Shown piece by piece: positions 29,978 to 43,516 of a stretch of DNA of 64,000 nt. Location of the stretch: positions 42,842,001-42,906,000 of the forward strand of contig OX597834.1 in NCBI GenBank assembly GCA_951406725.2, read 5' to 3'. Position numbers and translations under genes: made by a program. The notes below the pieces were generated by a model, which had not been told where the DNA came from, ran no database searches, and was given only the letters and a program-made list of their open reading frames with translations. The stretch's first letter is position 1. Every line of letters starts with the position of its first letter. The DNA comes from Octopus vulgaris (Eukaryota).

Positions 29978-30480
29978 TTGTTTTGTAGTTAAAGTTCTTG
30001 ACAGTCCGAAGATTTCCTCTTTAGAATAGAAAATTGACGAGGCGTTTTGGGGGATTTACAAAATAGACGTATATCCAAACATCTGTAGTTTTCCACATTT
30101 AACAATGAAAGGTTATATTTCAGTAAAGAAGTTATGAAAAATGTATTTTCTTGTTGATATAGCGACAATATACGACAGCAAAGTAATATATAATTTTACA
30201 TATCCACGGAGAAAGATTATATCTGTTTGACGTTTATGAGAACAAAAACAAAAATAATCATTAATTTGAAACATTTTCTACGATAATCAATCTTTGTTAT
30301 CGAAAACATTTCAAACACCTGTTTTTATACACACACACACGTGCACATACACATATATGCTTATATATATACATATGTGTGTGTGTGCGCGTGTATATAT
30401 ATATATATATATATATGTAGATATATACATATATACATGTATATGTACATGTGTGTATAAACATTGATACACACACACAC

Positions 30481-30521
<41 letters not shown>

Positions 30522-30633
30522 CATGTATGAAGTATATATGTGACTGATATAAGTGCTTAATGATAAATAGGTTCAATATTTTAGAAAGGTGACAATTTAT
30601 CAAACGGATATAAATGTGTGAATTCGCCACCTG

Positions 30634-30691
<58 letters not shown>

Positions 30692-32294
30692 CATTATTAT
30701 CATTATTATTACTTATTTATCTATATATTTATTTACCTATCCATTTATTTTATATCGAAATATTTTCATTAAAAAGAAAACTTAACACATTCTAAAGAAA
30801 GTGTTTGGCTCCAGAAAAAAATAAACCGAAATTTATAAAAGCATTATTCATACTTATATATAACTTTTACCTTTTACTTGTTTCAACCACTAGACTGCGG
30901 TCATGCTGGGGCACCCCCTTGAAGAATTTTTAGCTGTAGGGATCGACTGCAGAATGAATGGAGAACAATCAAAGCATGTTATAACATAAGCAACAAGACC
31001 ACCATAAGTCAAAGAACCAAAAGTACTTAAACACGATTTACTCTGCGGAGACTAGAGTTACATGAAAGAACAACTTAGAACGACAACAACACAAGAAGGA
31101 AAAAATTCACAAGTCAACCATCATATCAAATGTAACATCTATCATCAGCAGCCTATCGGATAGCTTTATGGTTTCGGCTCCCGGCCAGTACCATTCTTTT
31201 AGAACATCGAACAATATACTCAGATATCTTTATTCCTACTCTCTCGAATCTAAGTTCCACTCCTGCCGAGGTTATTTTTAGTTATCATCCTTTCGGATTT
31301 GGTAAATTAGCCTTACTCCTGGCGGAAATGTAAGAACCTCTGAGTAGACGCATTGCCCTGTCTGTTGCTGCTCTTGCGCTGCGCTCTTAGTTGAAATCCC
31401 GCTGCCATCTAATTGGATGATAGACTTAAGTTATTTCCCGGTTTACCACCACCATCGGACATTTTCAGTGCATTTAGTGGATACTAATCCGTTGTAAATA
31501 TACGAGACAGGCTTCCATTTTGAGGATATCTTTGTTCCTCTGTCACCCATTTAGAAGGACGTCTAGTGAGTTATAGTCATTGACTTATCTCCTGACTAAA
31601 AGATGAAAGTATGGTTTTCGTTCGCTGCGAATTTATGACGATACGAAATTACTATGAAACAAAACTGATCATCTGAAAAATCTTTAAACTTGACACCTAC
31701 GGAAAGTTATCTTGGATGGCGAAGTTTTGTTATAAATTTATGGTTTTGCAGGAAAGACTAGCCAGATCTCGGTGTTGTAACTATCAAACAGCTTACCAAT
31801 ACTTGAAAAACACGAAGACACATTATCGATACTTATATCGTATTTGTACTGTTTTCTAAAAAGTACATAAAACTGAAAAGTACATAAAATAGCATAAAAC
31901 TGAAACAAATCTTCTCTAAAGGGATCCATGAAATATTTAACGATTTTATAGCACTAACTATTGTATATGCGATAGAAATGATGTCATCTATAACAAAGAA
32001 AGGCCATGGCATTGTCCATCAATAAGTAAGTCTAGTACAAAAGCAATAGTTTGTGAAATGAAATAGAAATGAAAACCTAGAATTTTATCAGAGAGAAGAG
32101 ATATGGGCAATATTTTCTGAAATTGCTGGTCTTGTATCAAAATCTGAAACTACTAATAATAATCTTTTCTGTTATAGGGAAAAGGCCTGGAATTCGGGGG
32201 AAGAGGGATAGTCGATTATATTGACCCCTGTACACAACTGGTACTTATTTTATCGACTCCGAAATGATGAAAGGCAAAGATAAAAATTAATAAA

Positions 32295-32478
32295 ATTAAT
32301 AGTTATCGCCAAGCTAATATGGCAGTCCATAAATATAGGACTAAAGCTGTCGTTGATTAGCTCCAAGAGGCCATCGCCTCTAGCTAGCTATATGACACAC
32401 GAACTTGTGGAGCTAATCAACGGCAGCTTTAGTTCTATGTTTATGGACTGCCATATTAGCTTGGCGATAACTGTTAAT
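32295..32478 (+). repeat. 71-bp inverted repeat with 42-nt spacer (long hairpin / MITE-like)
   Basis: Arms 32295-32365 and 32408-32478 pair without gaps: 67 Watson-Crick and 4 G-T pairs. Confidence 0.93.
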
Positions 32479-33046
32479 ATCCAGTACCGCTGCTGTTGTT
32501 TCGTTTAGAGAGACTTAGCAATAATAATATTTCTAATAATAAAATTGAAGTACAACAAAACGATTTCATTATAAGTCTGTTTACTCTTGGCTAGCAATGT
32601 GATACAGAACATCAACAAAAAGTACCGAATTGAGTACAAATAGAACAAGTACATAGTATGTTCTATATCAGCAAACATAAAGTGCTGTACATAACAACAA
32701 GAAGAAAAATGATATGAGTTTATAGCTAGAGGTAAGACTATGTAACAAGTTCTATATTAACAAATACTGACTAATACGACAAATACAACATCAACGCCAG
32801 CAACAAAAACAACAACAACAAAATGTAAACACTGATCACATCAACAACAACAACAACAACATCAGTAACAACAATAAAGATAAGCGGCAAAGAAATCATT
32901 ATGGTATATTACTATAATCGTTAATCTTATTAAACGTGTTAAGTCACATCAGAGATGACAGCTACAACTCTGTAAGTTAATATTATGAAGAGATAAGAGA
33001 GGGGAAGGGGGAGAGAGATAGAGAGGGGGAATGAGAGAATGAGAGG

Positions 33047-33082
<36 letters not shown>

Positions 33083-33228
33083 TTGCATGAAGATGCGCAT
33101 TCACATACGCACACATACATATGCATATGTATAATAATAATAATAATAATAAAAAAACTTAACTAGATCAGGGAACATTGATTTAACCATCTATTAACAG
33201 CTGCAGCAGCATCACCACACACATAATA

Positions 33229-33278
<50 letters not shown>

Positions 33279-33537
33279 CCATCATCATCATCACCACCAC
33301 CACAACCACCATCACCATCATCATCATCTTCATCCTAATGAGCAGCAGCAGCGGCGGCAGCAGTAGCAACTGTTGCTCTCAGCTTCATCTCCATCATTAC
33401 TATAATCGGAACTAACATTATCAGTATCCTTCTCCTTGTGTAACGTCGATTCTCTTCCTAAACATCATCATCCTCATCATGATCATCATGATTAGCATCA
33501 TCATCATCACCATCGTCATCGTCATCGACGTCATCAT

Positions 33538-33574
<37 letters not shown>

Positions 33575-33663
33575 GCCACTACAACCACCAACAACACTGC
33601 CATCTCTACCATTACAAAAATACCAATAGCGACTAATATTAACTAGTATGAAAATCACTACCC

Positions 33664-33962
33664 ACAATGGCCCAGTGGTTAGGACAGAGGACTCGCGGTC
33701 GGAGGATCGCGGTTTCGATTCCCAGACCGGGTGTTGTGTGTGTTTATTGAGCGAAAACACCTAAACCTTCACGAAGCTCCGGCAGGGGGTGGTGGCGACC
33801 CCTGTTGTGCTCTTTCGCCCCAACTTTCTCTCATTCTTTTTTCCTGTTTCTTGAGTAATGCTGTGAAAGATTGGTGCCCCGTCCAGCTGGAGGGGGGGGT
33901 CATACGCCATAGAAACCGAGAAACCGGGCCCATGAGCCTGGTTAGGCTTGAAAAGGGCGAAT
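33664..33962 (+). mobile_element. tRNA-derived SINE, head H1 + tail T1
   Basis: Colinear with 29486-29790. Confidence 0.88.
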
Positions 33963-34080
33963 AAAGATTAAAAATATCCACCACATTATCATCATCACTA
34001 CCGCAAACAGCATTTCGATCAGCCATAAATACATTATCAGCTCCAACACACATACACACACACACGCGCGTATGTGTGGA

Positions 34081-34524
34081 ATCGATGGATGGATGTCATT
34101 ATTCAGTTTTATTTCGAGATTTCTCACCAATAGAGAAAGAGCCGGTTTCTAACCTACATCCATTGGTCCTTCATTAAAATTTCAACATCAAGGGTATTTT
34201 TGTATGTATTCATGTAGCTTTTTATGATTTGTCTCTTTCTATCTGCTTACCTGTATCTCCTCCTCCTCCTCCTCGTTTTGTCCCATTCTGTTCGTACACC
34301 GCATCTCACTCGCTCACTATCTTTGTGTACATCCATCTATCCATCCATATATACATACATATATATATATATCTACCCCTTTTGATGTTTGGGAATTCTG
34401 TGATGTTTTTTCGGCTGACGAGTACGAGCCATCTGTATTCACTGCATTTTTTGTAGCTTATTAAAGATGTCCTCGTACGAAACGATCGTACCGAGATTTT
34501 AATCCATTCTTGTTGCTTTTTCCT

Positions 34525-34559
<35 letters not shown>

Positions 34560-34721
34560 CAAATAACAAATCATACAAATCTACATGTATACTTATAAAA
34601 ATACCCTGTTGTTGATGTTGAAATTTCAATGAAGTACCAATGGATGTAGGTTAGAAACCGGCTCTTTCTCTATTGGCAAGAAATCTTGAAATAAACTGAA
34701 TAAAGGCATCCATCCATCGAT
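34081..34721. mobile_element. Long inverted-repeat cassette (~150-bp arms) enclosing a hammerhead motif
   Basis: Arms ~34081-34232 and ~34566-34721, including a perfect 41-bp block ccaatagagaaagagccggtttctaacctacatccattggt and its reverse complement. Confidence 0.85.
34409..34496 (+). ncRNA. Type I hammerhead ribozyme motif, canonical intact core
   Basis: tttcgg-CTGACGA-GTACGAG[43 nt]CTCGTAC-GAAA-C-GATC-G-TA-ccgaga: all conserved core nucleotides present, 7-bp stem II starting G-C, GUA triplet with predicted cut after 34490. Confidence 0.88.
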
Positions 34722-34759
34722 AACATACATACATATACTGTATATATATACATACATAC

Positions 34760-34808
<49 letters not shown>

Positions 34809-34814
34809 TAAATA

Positions 34815-34865
<51 letters not shown>

Positions 34866-35553
34866 TACTCTATCTCTCTCATTTTGTTTTTTTTTTTACT
34901 AAATATGTGTTTTTAAGATTAAAGCTTTTTGTTGTCTTCCTCTTCTTTCGTCTCCTACTGTCCAAAACCTACATTTTGTTGGTTGTAGAGTATACTAATC
35001 AGCGAATTAATTATTAGATATATAATTAAATAAAAAAAACTTACCAGCCATTTCATTCTGTCTTCGTAATCCCACCAGATTACGAACTAATTATCCTTTC
35101 ACTCAGAACCAGGTTGCTTCTGGTCGAAAAGACTACCGCCTCTTTCTCTCCCTCCCTCTAACGCCAACATCACCACCACCACCACCATCACCACTACCAA
35201 CAACAACAACAAATGGAACAACAACGTCATCAACAACAAAAGAACAACCTATCAATCAAACTGTCACTGGCAGCAACAACAGAAACTACAATTTTTACGT
35301 ATATTCCTGGCTTACTAGAAAGAGCAACAACGCTTGTAGAACCACTACAGCTGAATAGTCACTTACTACGGGCACCAAGGCTTACAAGCTTCCACAGCAT
35401 GCCTAGAATTAGCAGCCCCATCAAAGCGTTGCCCGGGCCCACGGTCTATGCTTCTCGTCAAATAATACATAACCGTCTTTATAAATGTTATGGATAATGT
35501 AAACCTGAGTTCCCTACAAAAACGACGTGATGGTCACAGATGTTCTACTTCGT

Positions 35554-36170
35554 AAGGCGGCGAGCTGGCAGAAACGTTAGCACGCCGGCCGTAGTATTTC
35601 GTCTGCCGCTACGTTCTGAGTTCAAATTCCGCCGAGGTCGACTTTGCCTTTCATCCTTTCGGGGTCGATAAATTAAGTACCAGTTACGCACTGGGGTCGA
35701 TATAATCGACTTAATTCGTTTGTCTGTCCTTGCTTGTTCTCTCTGTGTTTAGCCCCTTGTGGATATTAAAGAAATAGGTATTTCCCCCGCCGCTGCGTTC
35801 TGAGTTAGAATTCCGCGGAGGTCGACTTTGCCTTTCATCCTTTTGGGGTCGATTAAATAAGTACCAGTTATGCACTGGGGTCGATGTAATCGATGTAATC
35901 GATGTAATCGAATTAATCTCTTTGTCTAGCTAAAGGCGGTGAGCTGGCAGAAACGTTAGCACGCCGGGCGAGATGCGCAGCTGTAATTCGTCTGCCGTTA
36001 CGTTCTGAGTTCAAATTCCGCCGAGGTCGACTTTGCCTTTCATCCTTTCGGGGTCGATAAAATTAAGTACCAGTCACGCACTGGTGTTTATGTAATCGAC
36101 TTAATCCGTTTGTCTGTCCTTGTTTGCCCCTCCCCTATGTTTAACCCCTTGTGGGCAATAAAGAAATAGG
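35554..36170 (+). mobile_element. Three tandem SINE family C units (full, 5'-truncated, full)
   Basis: gaggtcgactttgcctttcatcctttyggggtcgat recurs at ~35635, ~35818 and ~36024. Confidence 0.92.
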
Positions 36171-36249
36171 ATGTTCTATTTCGTTATAGTTTTGCTCGTT
36201 CAACAGCAAAAATGACAAAAAGTTTCAGCAGTGTCTGTCACTGCGTCGG

Positions 36250-36556
36250 TTGCAGCGACGTGCGTTTTAGTTGATCCGATCAGTGGAATTGCTGGCCCGT
36301 GAAATGATCGTTCAAGTGGCTGAGCATTCTCCAGATACGTGTAAGCTTAACGTCGTTCTGAGGGAGATTCAGCGTGAAGCAAGATGGGGTGAGGTTGGCC
36401 CTTTGAGTAACAGGTACAAATCATATTTGCCAGTGGAATGAACTGGAGCAACTTAAAATAAAGTATCCTTCTGAAAGACCCAAAGCGCCGCGAACAATCG
36501 AACTCACGACCTTTCTATCGTGAGCCGAATAAACTAACCGCTTAACACGTGCCTTC
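36250..36556 (-). mobile_element. tRNA-derived SINE, head H2 + tail T2
   Basis: agttgatccgatcagtgg...tggctgagcattc...ctggagcaac...cgaactcacgacc. Confidence 0.8.
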
Positions 36557-36957
36557 ACAGCAACGTAACAGTATTTTTTTTTTCGAACTTTTATTTCGTC
36601 TGCCGCTACGTTCTGAGTTCAAATTCCGCCTTCGCAGCAACGTAACAGTTTTTTTTTTCCAACCTTTATTTCATCAGCCACTACGTTCTGAGTTCAAATT
36701 CCGCCTTCACAGCAACGTAACAGTATTTTTTTTTTCGAACTTTTATTTCGTCTGCCGCTACGTTCTGAGTTCAAATTCCGCCTTCGCAGCAACGTAACAG
36801 TTTTTTTTTCCAACCTTTATTTCATCAGCCAGTTCAAATTCCGCCTTCACAGCAACGTAACAGTATTTTTTTTTCCAACCTTTATTTCATCAGCCACTAC
36901 GTTCTGAGTTCAAATTCCGCCTTCGCAGCAACGTAACAGTTTTTTTTTTCAACCTTA
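36551..36957. repeat. ~76-bp minisatellite, 5.5 units, partly SINE-derived
   Basis: gccttcRcagcaacgtaacagt starts at 36551, 36628, 36703, 36780, 36843 and 36919. Confidence 0.92.
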
Positions 36958-37764
36958 TACATCCCCCGACGGAAACTAAGAGACTGACTACATGGTTAGT
37001 CGATGTGCTACACAACCTAAGAGTGAGTAGTAAACTACATTTTCATTATATTAAGATAGGAACGAAGGAGGCCTGCAGGAAAAATCGTTAGTACGCCGGC
37101 CGAAATGCTTACATTCTGCGTTCAAATTCTGCCGACGTCAACTTTGACTTTCATCCTTTCGGAGTCAATAAAAAAAGTACCAGTTGAGTTTATATATCAG
37201 AGACTGAAGGATGTCGGATTAGATACCTTCCAGCGCTTGTAAGCGAAGACTTTCTACTAAAGTTACCCCAAAACTATGTCAAACAGCGAAATATATAATA
37301 ACTATCCAAAAAACGATGCAGTCTGTTCGTCACCATTTGCAATAAACCTGTTACTACGTGTGGTTAAGTTAGAGGACATGTTCCCGTGCCGTGAAATCGA
37401 AATGGGAAGCGACGTGAATGTGAAGTGGAAAGTTCGAACCCTGTCATGCTGGCTTCCATCGCTAATATTATATCGTTCGTACGAGGGAATTCTACGCGAA
37501 CAATCCAATCAAGGTGCAAAAAGAAAAAGCGCTTCGATCTCTTTGTCTGTCTGTCTCTAATGAACCCCCACCCATTTTTAATTACGAAAAACCTTTATTA
37601 CTCTTTTACTTGTTTCGGTCATTTGATTGTGGCCATGCTGGAGCACCTTTGATAATAATTCTTTCTTTGCGATCTCAGATGCTCCCCATAAATGTAGGAT
37701 AGTCTGCACAATCAGATTTCCTCTGTGGCGGAAACAACAACAATTGGAAACTGGGACTCCGTCT

Positions 37765-38068
37765 GTTGCGACGGTATGAATTCCAGTTGATCCGATCAAC
37801 GGAACAACCTTCTCGTGCAATTAGCACACACGTGGCTGAGCACCCTACAGACACACGCACCCCTTCACTCTCAGTGAGATTCAGCCTGATACAGAGTGTG
37901 ACAAGGCTGGCTCTTTGAAATACAGGTACAACACATTTTTGCCAGCTGAGTGGACTGGAGCAACAGGAAATAAAGTGTCTTGCTCAAGGACACAACGCGT
38001 TGCCGGGAATTGAACTCACAGCATTTCGATCGTTAACTGACTACTCTAAACACTAAGCCACGCGCCTT
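37765..38068 (-). mobile_element. tRNA-derived SINE, head H2 + tail T2
   Basis: ccagttgatccgatcaacgg...gccagctgagtggactggagcaac...gtgtcttgctcaaggacac...cactaagccacgcgcct. Confidence 0.88.
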
Positions 38069-39026
38069 CATGACAACGAAAATTATGACTAAATGAAGTC
38101 AACATTGATGCTTATCGGCAGACCCTCGACTTGCTAGAAATAGCAATGTAGTTCCCATGCTCCTATTAATTCTTGATCAGGAAGGACACGGTAAGAGACA
38201 CCGAATTCCTTCTACATGATACCACTAAAATTATGGGTTGTTCTGGGCCATTACATTTCTTGGAGCACTATGGCCGATAAAAAGAGGAACTGCTCAAATA
38301 TGGAATATCTTTGATCGTAAATCTGCTCAACAACAGTTGACCCAGAGTTAAACATTCACTCAGAGCAACAAAAACAACAACTGAAATACAAAAACGAAAA
38401 GTGGAAAAAAATATAAAGAGAATTTTTTTTTTCTATCCTCTTTTTAATGTATTACAGATACAATCTTGGCTGCATAAACTAAAACTGTAAAATGAAATAT
38501 AGAAACAAAGATAAGGCTTAAGAAAAGTTTATTCGGCAGTTAATGAGACGGGTTCGACGCGAAATTAACGACATAAAACACAGCGAAAGGTGATTTCTGA
38601 GCTGATTTCGTTATTGATTTCTCCCTTCGCTGTTTATTTTAGAAATTTTTACTTTGTTTTTTGAATAGATTAAAATGTGTTATAGGAAATTTATTCGTCT
38701 TGCTATGGAGTGAATAGATTGGACATTCTTCCCAGCATTCGTTACTCTATTTGAAATGTCCTGGATGGTTTTTTGTTGGGAAGAAACTTTTTTTTCTGGG
38801 GCGTGAGGGGCTGTTATATGGCGGTGCTTGGTTTGTTGGTTTGTTGTATGGTTGTGTATTCTTAGTTGCAAATTAAGTTCAGTCGAAAATGTCCTTTTTC
38901 GTTATTCAAACGTTTAAAGCCATAAATTGCCAGAATTCTATTTCCTTGTCAGACAATATCATTAGCATCGGAATTACTTCTGTGAATGCGATGCCGTAAT
39001 GTAAAGCTCTGAATTGGACGACTATT

Positions 39027-39057
<31 letters not shown>

Positions 39058-39395
39058 ACACACACACACACACACATACACACGCACACACGCACCCACA
39101 CACATTCACACATACATGCATGAACACATACACACATATATACATCTACACACAAACATATTGACTGACACACACACAGACATACATACACAAACACAGA
39201 CACACACATATGCAAACATGCACACGCACACATACACACACTCACACACACATACATACAGAAACACAGATACACACACACACATACATACGCACACAAC
39301 CACTCACAGTTGCAAATACGCGCACGCACATATGCACATATGCGATTATACATACACTCATAGACCCGCAACGACGCAATCATCGACAATCAAAC

Positions 39396-39445
<50 letters not shown>

Positions 39446-39599
39446 ATATATACACACATATGCATGTTTATGCATGTTTATATTCCTGTATTTGTTTTAA
39501 GGCAGAATTGGTAGCCATGATGGAGTGCCACCTTTAGTGTAGCACGCCCTCATGGCCACATGATACATATATATATGCATATATCTCAATATGCGAGCG

Positions 39600-39790
39600 T
39601 CTTTATATCTGTGTTGTTCCTCCACCCCCAACGTTTAACAACCGCTGCTGGTGCGTTTACGTCCCCGTAATTTAGCGGTTTGGCAAAAGAGACCGTCACA
39701 ACAAGTACGAGACTTTAAGAAAAAACTGAGTACTGTGGTCGATATATTTGACTAAAAATTCTTCAAGGTGGTACCCCAGCATGGCCGCAT
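39600..39790 (+). mobile_element. SINE family A 3' half
   Basis: gtttacgtccccgtaatttagcggtttggcaaaagagacc...ccagcatggccgca. Confidence 0.8.
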
Positions 39791-39962
39791 AGCCGTGGCG
39801 ACGAGGGTTCAGACAATATTGCCTTTAGGACATAGCCGTGGCGACGAGGGTTCGGAAAATGTCGCAACTGGAACAAAGCCGTGGCAACAAGGGTTCGGAC
39901 AATATTGTCACTGGGATATAGCAGTGGCGACGATGGTTCGGACAATATCGCCACTGGATGTA
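39791..39962. repeat. 43-bp tandem repeat, 4 diverged units
   Basis: agcMgtggcRacRaKggttc starts at 39791, 39834, 39877 and 39920. Confidence 0.9.
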
Positions 39963-40924
39963 TCAGTCCCACATCACAGTACCTTGTGCAACTGACTTCT
40001 ATATAGCTCCGGGCCGACCGATGTCTTGTGAGTAACGACGGCAGACGGAAACTGTGTGGAAGCCGGTCGTATAGCTATATACACCTAATTATATATATAT
40101 GTTTAGGTGTCTTTGCGTTTCCATCACAACCCAAAGACTGATAATGGTGTTATTCTGTTTACGCCCCCACCGATGAGACATCAACTGAGATAGAACGAGT
40201 ACCAAAGAAGAAAATACCTTCTAATATCGAGGTGTTCGATTAAAGCCTTTGAAGTGCTGCCCCAACATGGGCGCAGTTCTGTCAATGAAACATATAAAAG
40301 AAAAGACAAACAATAAAAGGTATATACACAAAGTTAAACGTGTCTATATCTTTTATATATACATGCTTAAACGCATTGTATATGAAGAGTACGCATGCAT
40401 CCACCTATAAACCATCCGAAAATCCATGTTCACATAAATACACACATACATATACACAGACATACACAAACATACCTACATATATACATACATACATACA
40501 TACATACATACATACATACATACATACATACATACGTACATATATACATACGTACATATATACATACATACATGGATATGTACGCATTTACATGCATACG
40601 CAACTAACCCGCTAAAGTTGTCTAAATTCCAGTGAGAGAGACTTGTCTCTGTGTTAGAAAACGTCAGTTTCTCCATTAGCGAAAAATTCGAAAAGTAAAA
40701 CCGGAAAAACAAACAAACGATTGCGCCCCCCCACACACGCACATTCGTATGTAGTATATATATATACATACATATATATATATACATACATACATACATA
40801 CACATATATATATATTCATACACACACCCATATATATGCATATATATATATATATATATATATATGCGTATGTATATATATATATATATATACATATATA
40901 TATGTGTGTGTGTATATATATATG

Positions 40925-40974
<50 letters not shown>

Positions 40975-41040
40975 CATACATACTTATATATATATGTATA
41001 TATACATATGTATATATAAATATATATACACACATTGTAC

Positions 41041-41123
<83 letters not shown>

Positions 41124-41759
41124 TATATAACATTATATATACACTTCCATATATATATATGTGCTTATGCCTTCAATTAAATTGTGGTTAAATGTGACAA
41201 AGACACAAATAGAAATAAAATTATCGTTCACTTGAAATAAGAAATAAAAGAGAAATATTCGGAATAAATAGAAAGTAATACAAACCCACGTCGTGGCACT
41301 GCGGGAATCGGGAGAATTATGCAGGCAAACTATAATGTTTCTCTCAAACAAATTAGTTATTTTCATAAATAATAAATATATTTAATCCGCTGAATGTCTT
41401 TCAAGCTGGATAACTATACGAGGCATAGGGTATCAGAACGGCTCTGGTGTATTTACGTATGCGCTATGGCTGTGTACGCATATACGTATATATATACATA
41501 GATATAATGACATACGTGTGTGTACGTACATGCATATATACATACATACATACATACATACATACATACATACATACATACATACATACATACATACATA
41601 CATACATACATACATACAAACACACACACGCACACACACACATATATATATATATATGTGCATATCTCTAAAAATATCTATATCTGTATTTCTATCTACG
41701 TTTGTGTGTTTGCATACCTATTTATGTATACAAACATGTACACATATATCCATATATGC

Positions 41760-41819
<60 letters not shown>

Positions 41820-41892
41820 TCATATATATATACATATATATATATATATACATATGTATGTATATATACGCATATATATATGTATTTGTATG

Positions 41893-41945
<53 letters not shown>

Positions 41946-42586
41946 GTATGTATGTATATATATATATACATATATATATCTATGTATGTATATATATATA
42001 TATATATAATATACATATATATATATATACATATACATATATATATATATATATATACATATATGCATGTATGTATATATATACATCTACAGGATAAAAA
42101 TGTATGCGCATTTTCACATTGCTTTCCATTCCATTTTCAGAGTTTATCCTCGTCTACCTTTTCTCTCTCTCTCTCTCTTCTGTTAAATATTTAATAAGTC
42201 GGCTATTATATGGATACTGTAGTAATTATGGCTTATAAACGTGCTTCATTATTACACATTGATGTTGAAAGAAATAAGAAGATAAATAAATAAATGGCCG
42301 CTCTAATACATTAAACTAACAGAGTCCTTGTCGGCACTTGTTAGCAAGAAAGAGTAAGCTTGTTAATGGCACTGTGATGGGTACGGCCAGGAAACCCAGG
42401 GGAGTAAAAATGGTGGTCCCTGATATAATTATCTTAATATACGTACAACAAAAAATACACCCTTTCCAAAATATCGATTTGATCATCAATTTGTATACAA
42501 ACATACATGCATACATACATACATACAGACATACGCACAAATACATATATGCACACATAGATATACACATAACTATACATACATAT

Positions 42587-42650
<64 letters not shown>

Positions 42651-42737
42651 AGTAGGTCGATATCTATATAGTTATATACGTAATTCATGCGTACATATGT
42701 ATATATGTATATATATTGATATATATAAATATATGCA

Positions 42738-42768
<31 letters not shown>

Positions 42769-43199
42769 GTACATACGCATACGTATAATAAAATACGTAT
42801 TGGGGTCTCGATGTCTGCCCGTGTGCGTATTAGTGAATGTGTATATCTATATATACATGCTCAGTTTACTATTTTACATGTAGACATGAATATAAACCTA
42901 TACAAATGTTCAAATATAAGGAACAAAAATATATATGCAGACAGAATAACGATTATATGTGCCTCAATAATATGTGTGCGAAGAGATATTTGTATATCTC
43001 TCGACGTTTAAGTGTATCCTGAAGTATTATATATACATATAATATATGAATTCTCATTCACATTCATACGATCATACTCTTCTATTATGCTTTTCATTTA
43101 CGGTGTGTTTCATATATTGCTATTCAGAATATATATATAGCATCAATATTATATATATATATATATATATATGGGTGTATGTGATTGTGTATAGAAGAG

Positions 43200-43505
43200 T
43201 ATATTAAGAAAAGGAATTCCAACCTTGTCTGATTATCACGTTTTATTTACAATCTTAATATGATATAATATAATATAATATAATATAATATCTGTCAAAA
43301 ATTGTGAAGCATGACTGTCACCACTACTACATGAACCTGAAGATTGCAGAATTTAATGCATGAAAGTACTAGTTCAATCAGAATGAACATTTAAAATTCT
43401 ACTATTTTTTATTTTATTATATTATATTATCTTATATTATATCATTATAAGATTGTAAATAAAACGTGAAAATCAGACAAGGTTGGAATTCCTTTTATTA
43501 ATATA
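43200..43505. mobile_element. Inverted-repeat cassette (~90-bp arms) enclosing a hammerhead motif
   Basis: aaaaggaattccaaccttgtctgattatcacgttttatttacaatctta (left arm) versus taagattgtaaataaaacgtgaaaatcagacaaggttggaattcctttt (right arm); arms continue inward as (TATAA)n/(TTATA)n. Confidence 0.88.
43332..43376 (+). ncRNA. Minimal type I hammerhead ribozyme motif
   Basis: tgaac-CTGAAGA-t-tgca-gaatttaa-tgca-t-GAAA-GTAC-TA-gttca: 5-bp stem I, 4-bp stem II behind a T-T mismatch, palindromic AGTACT stem III. Confidence 0.75.
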
Positions 43506-43516
43506 TATATATATAT

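Noticed and set aside
32400-32409. cgaacttgtg matches the 3' end of miR-100
   Set aside because: Only 10 nt, the seed is absent, and it lies in the hairpin loop.
39791-39962. CRISPR-like repeat/spacer appearance
   Set aside because: The 'spacers' are homologous to each other, the period is too short, the context is eukaryotic and there are no cas genes.
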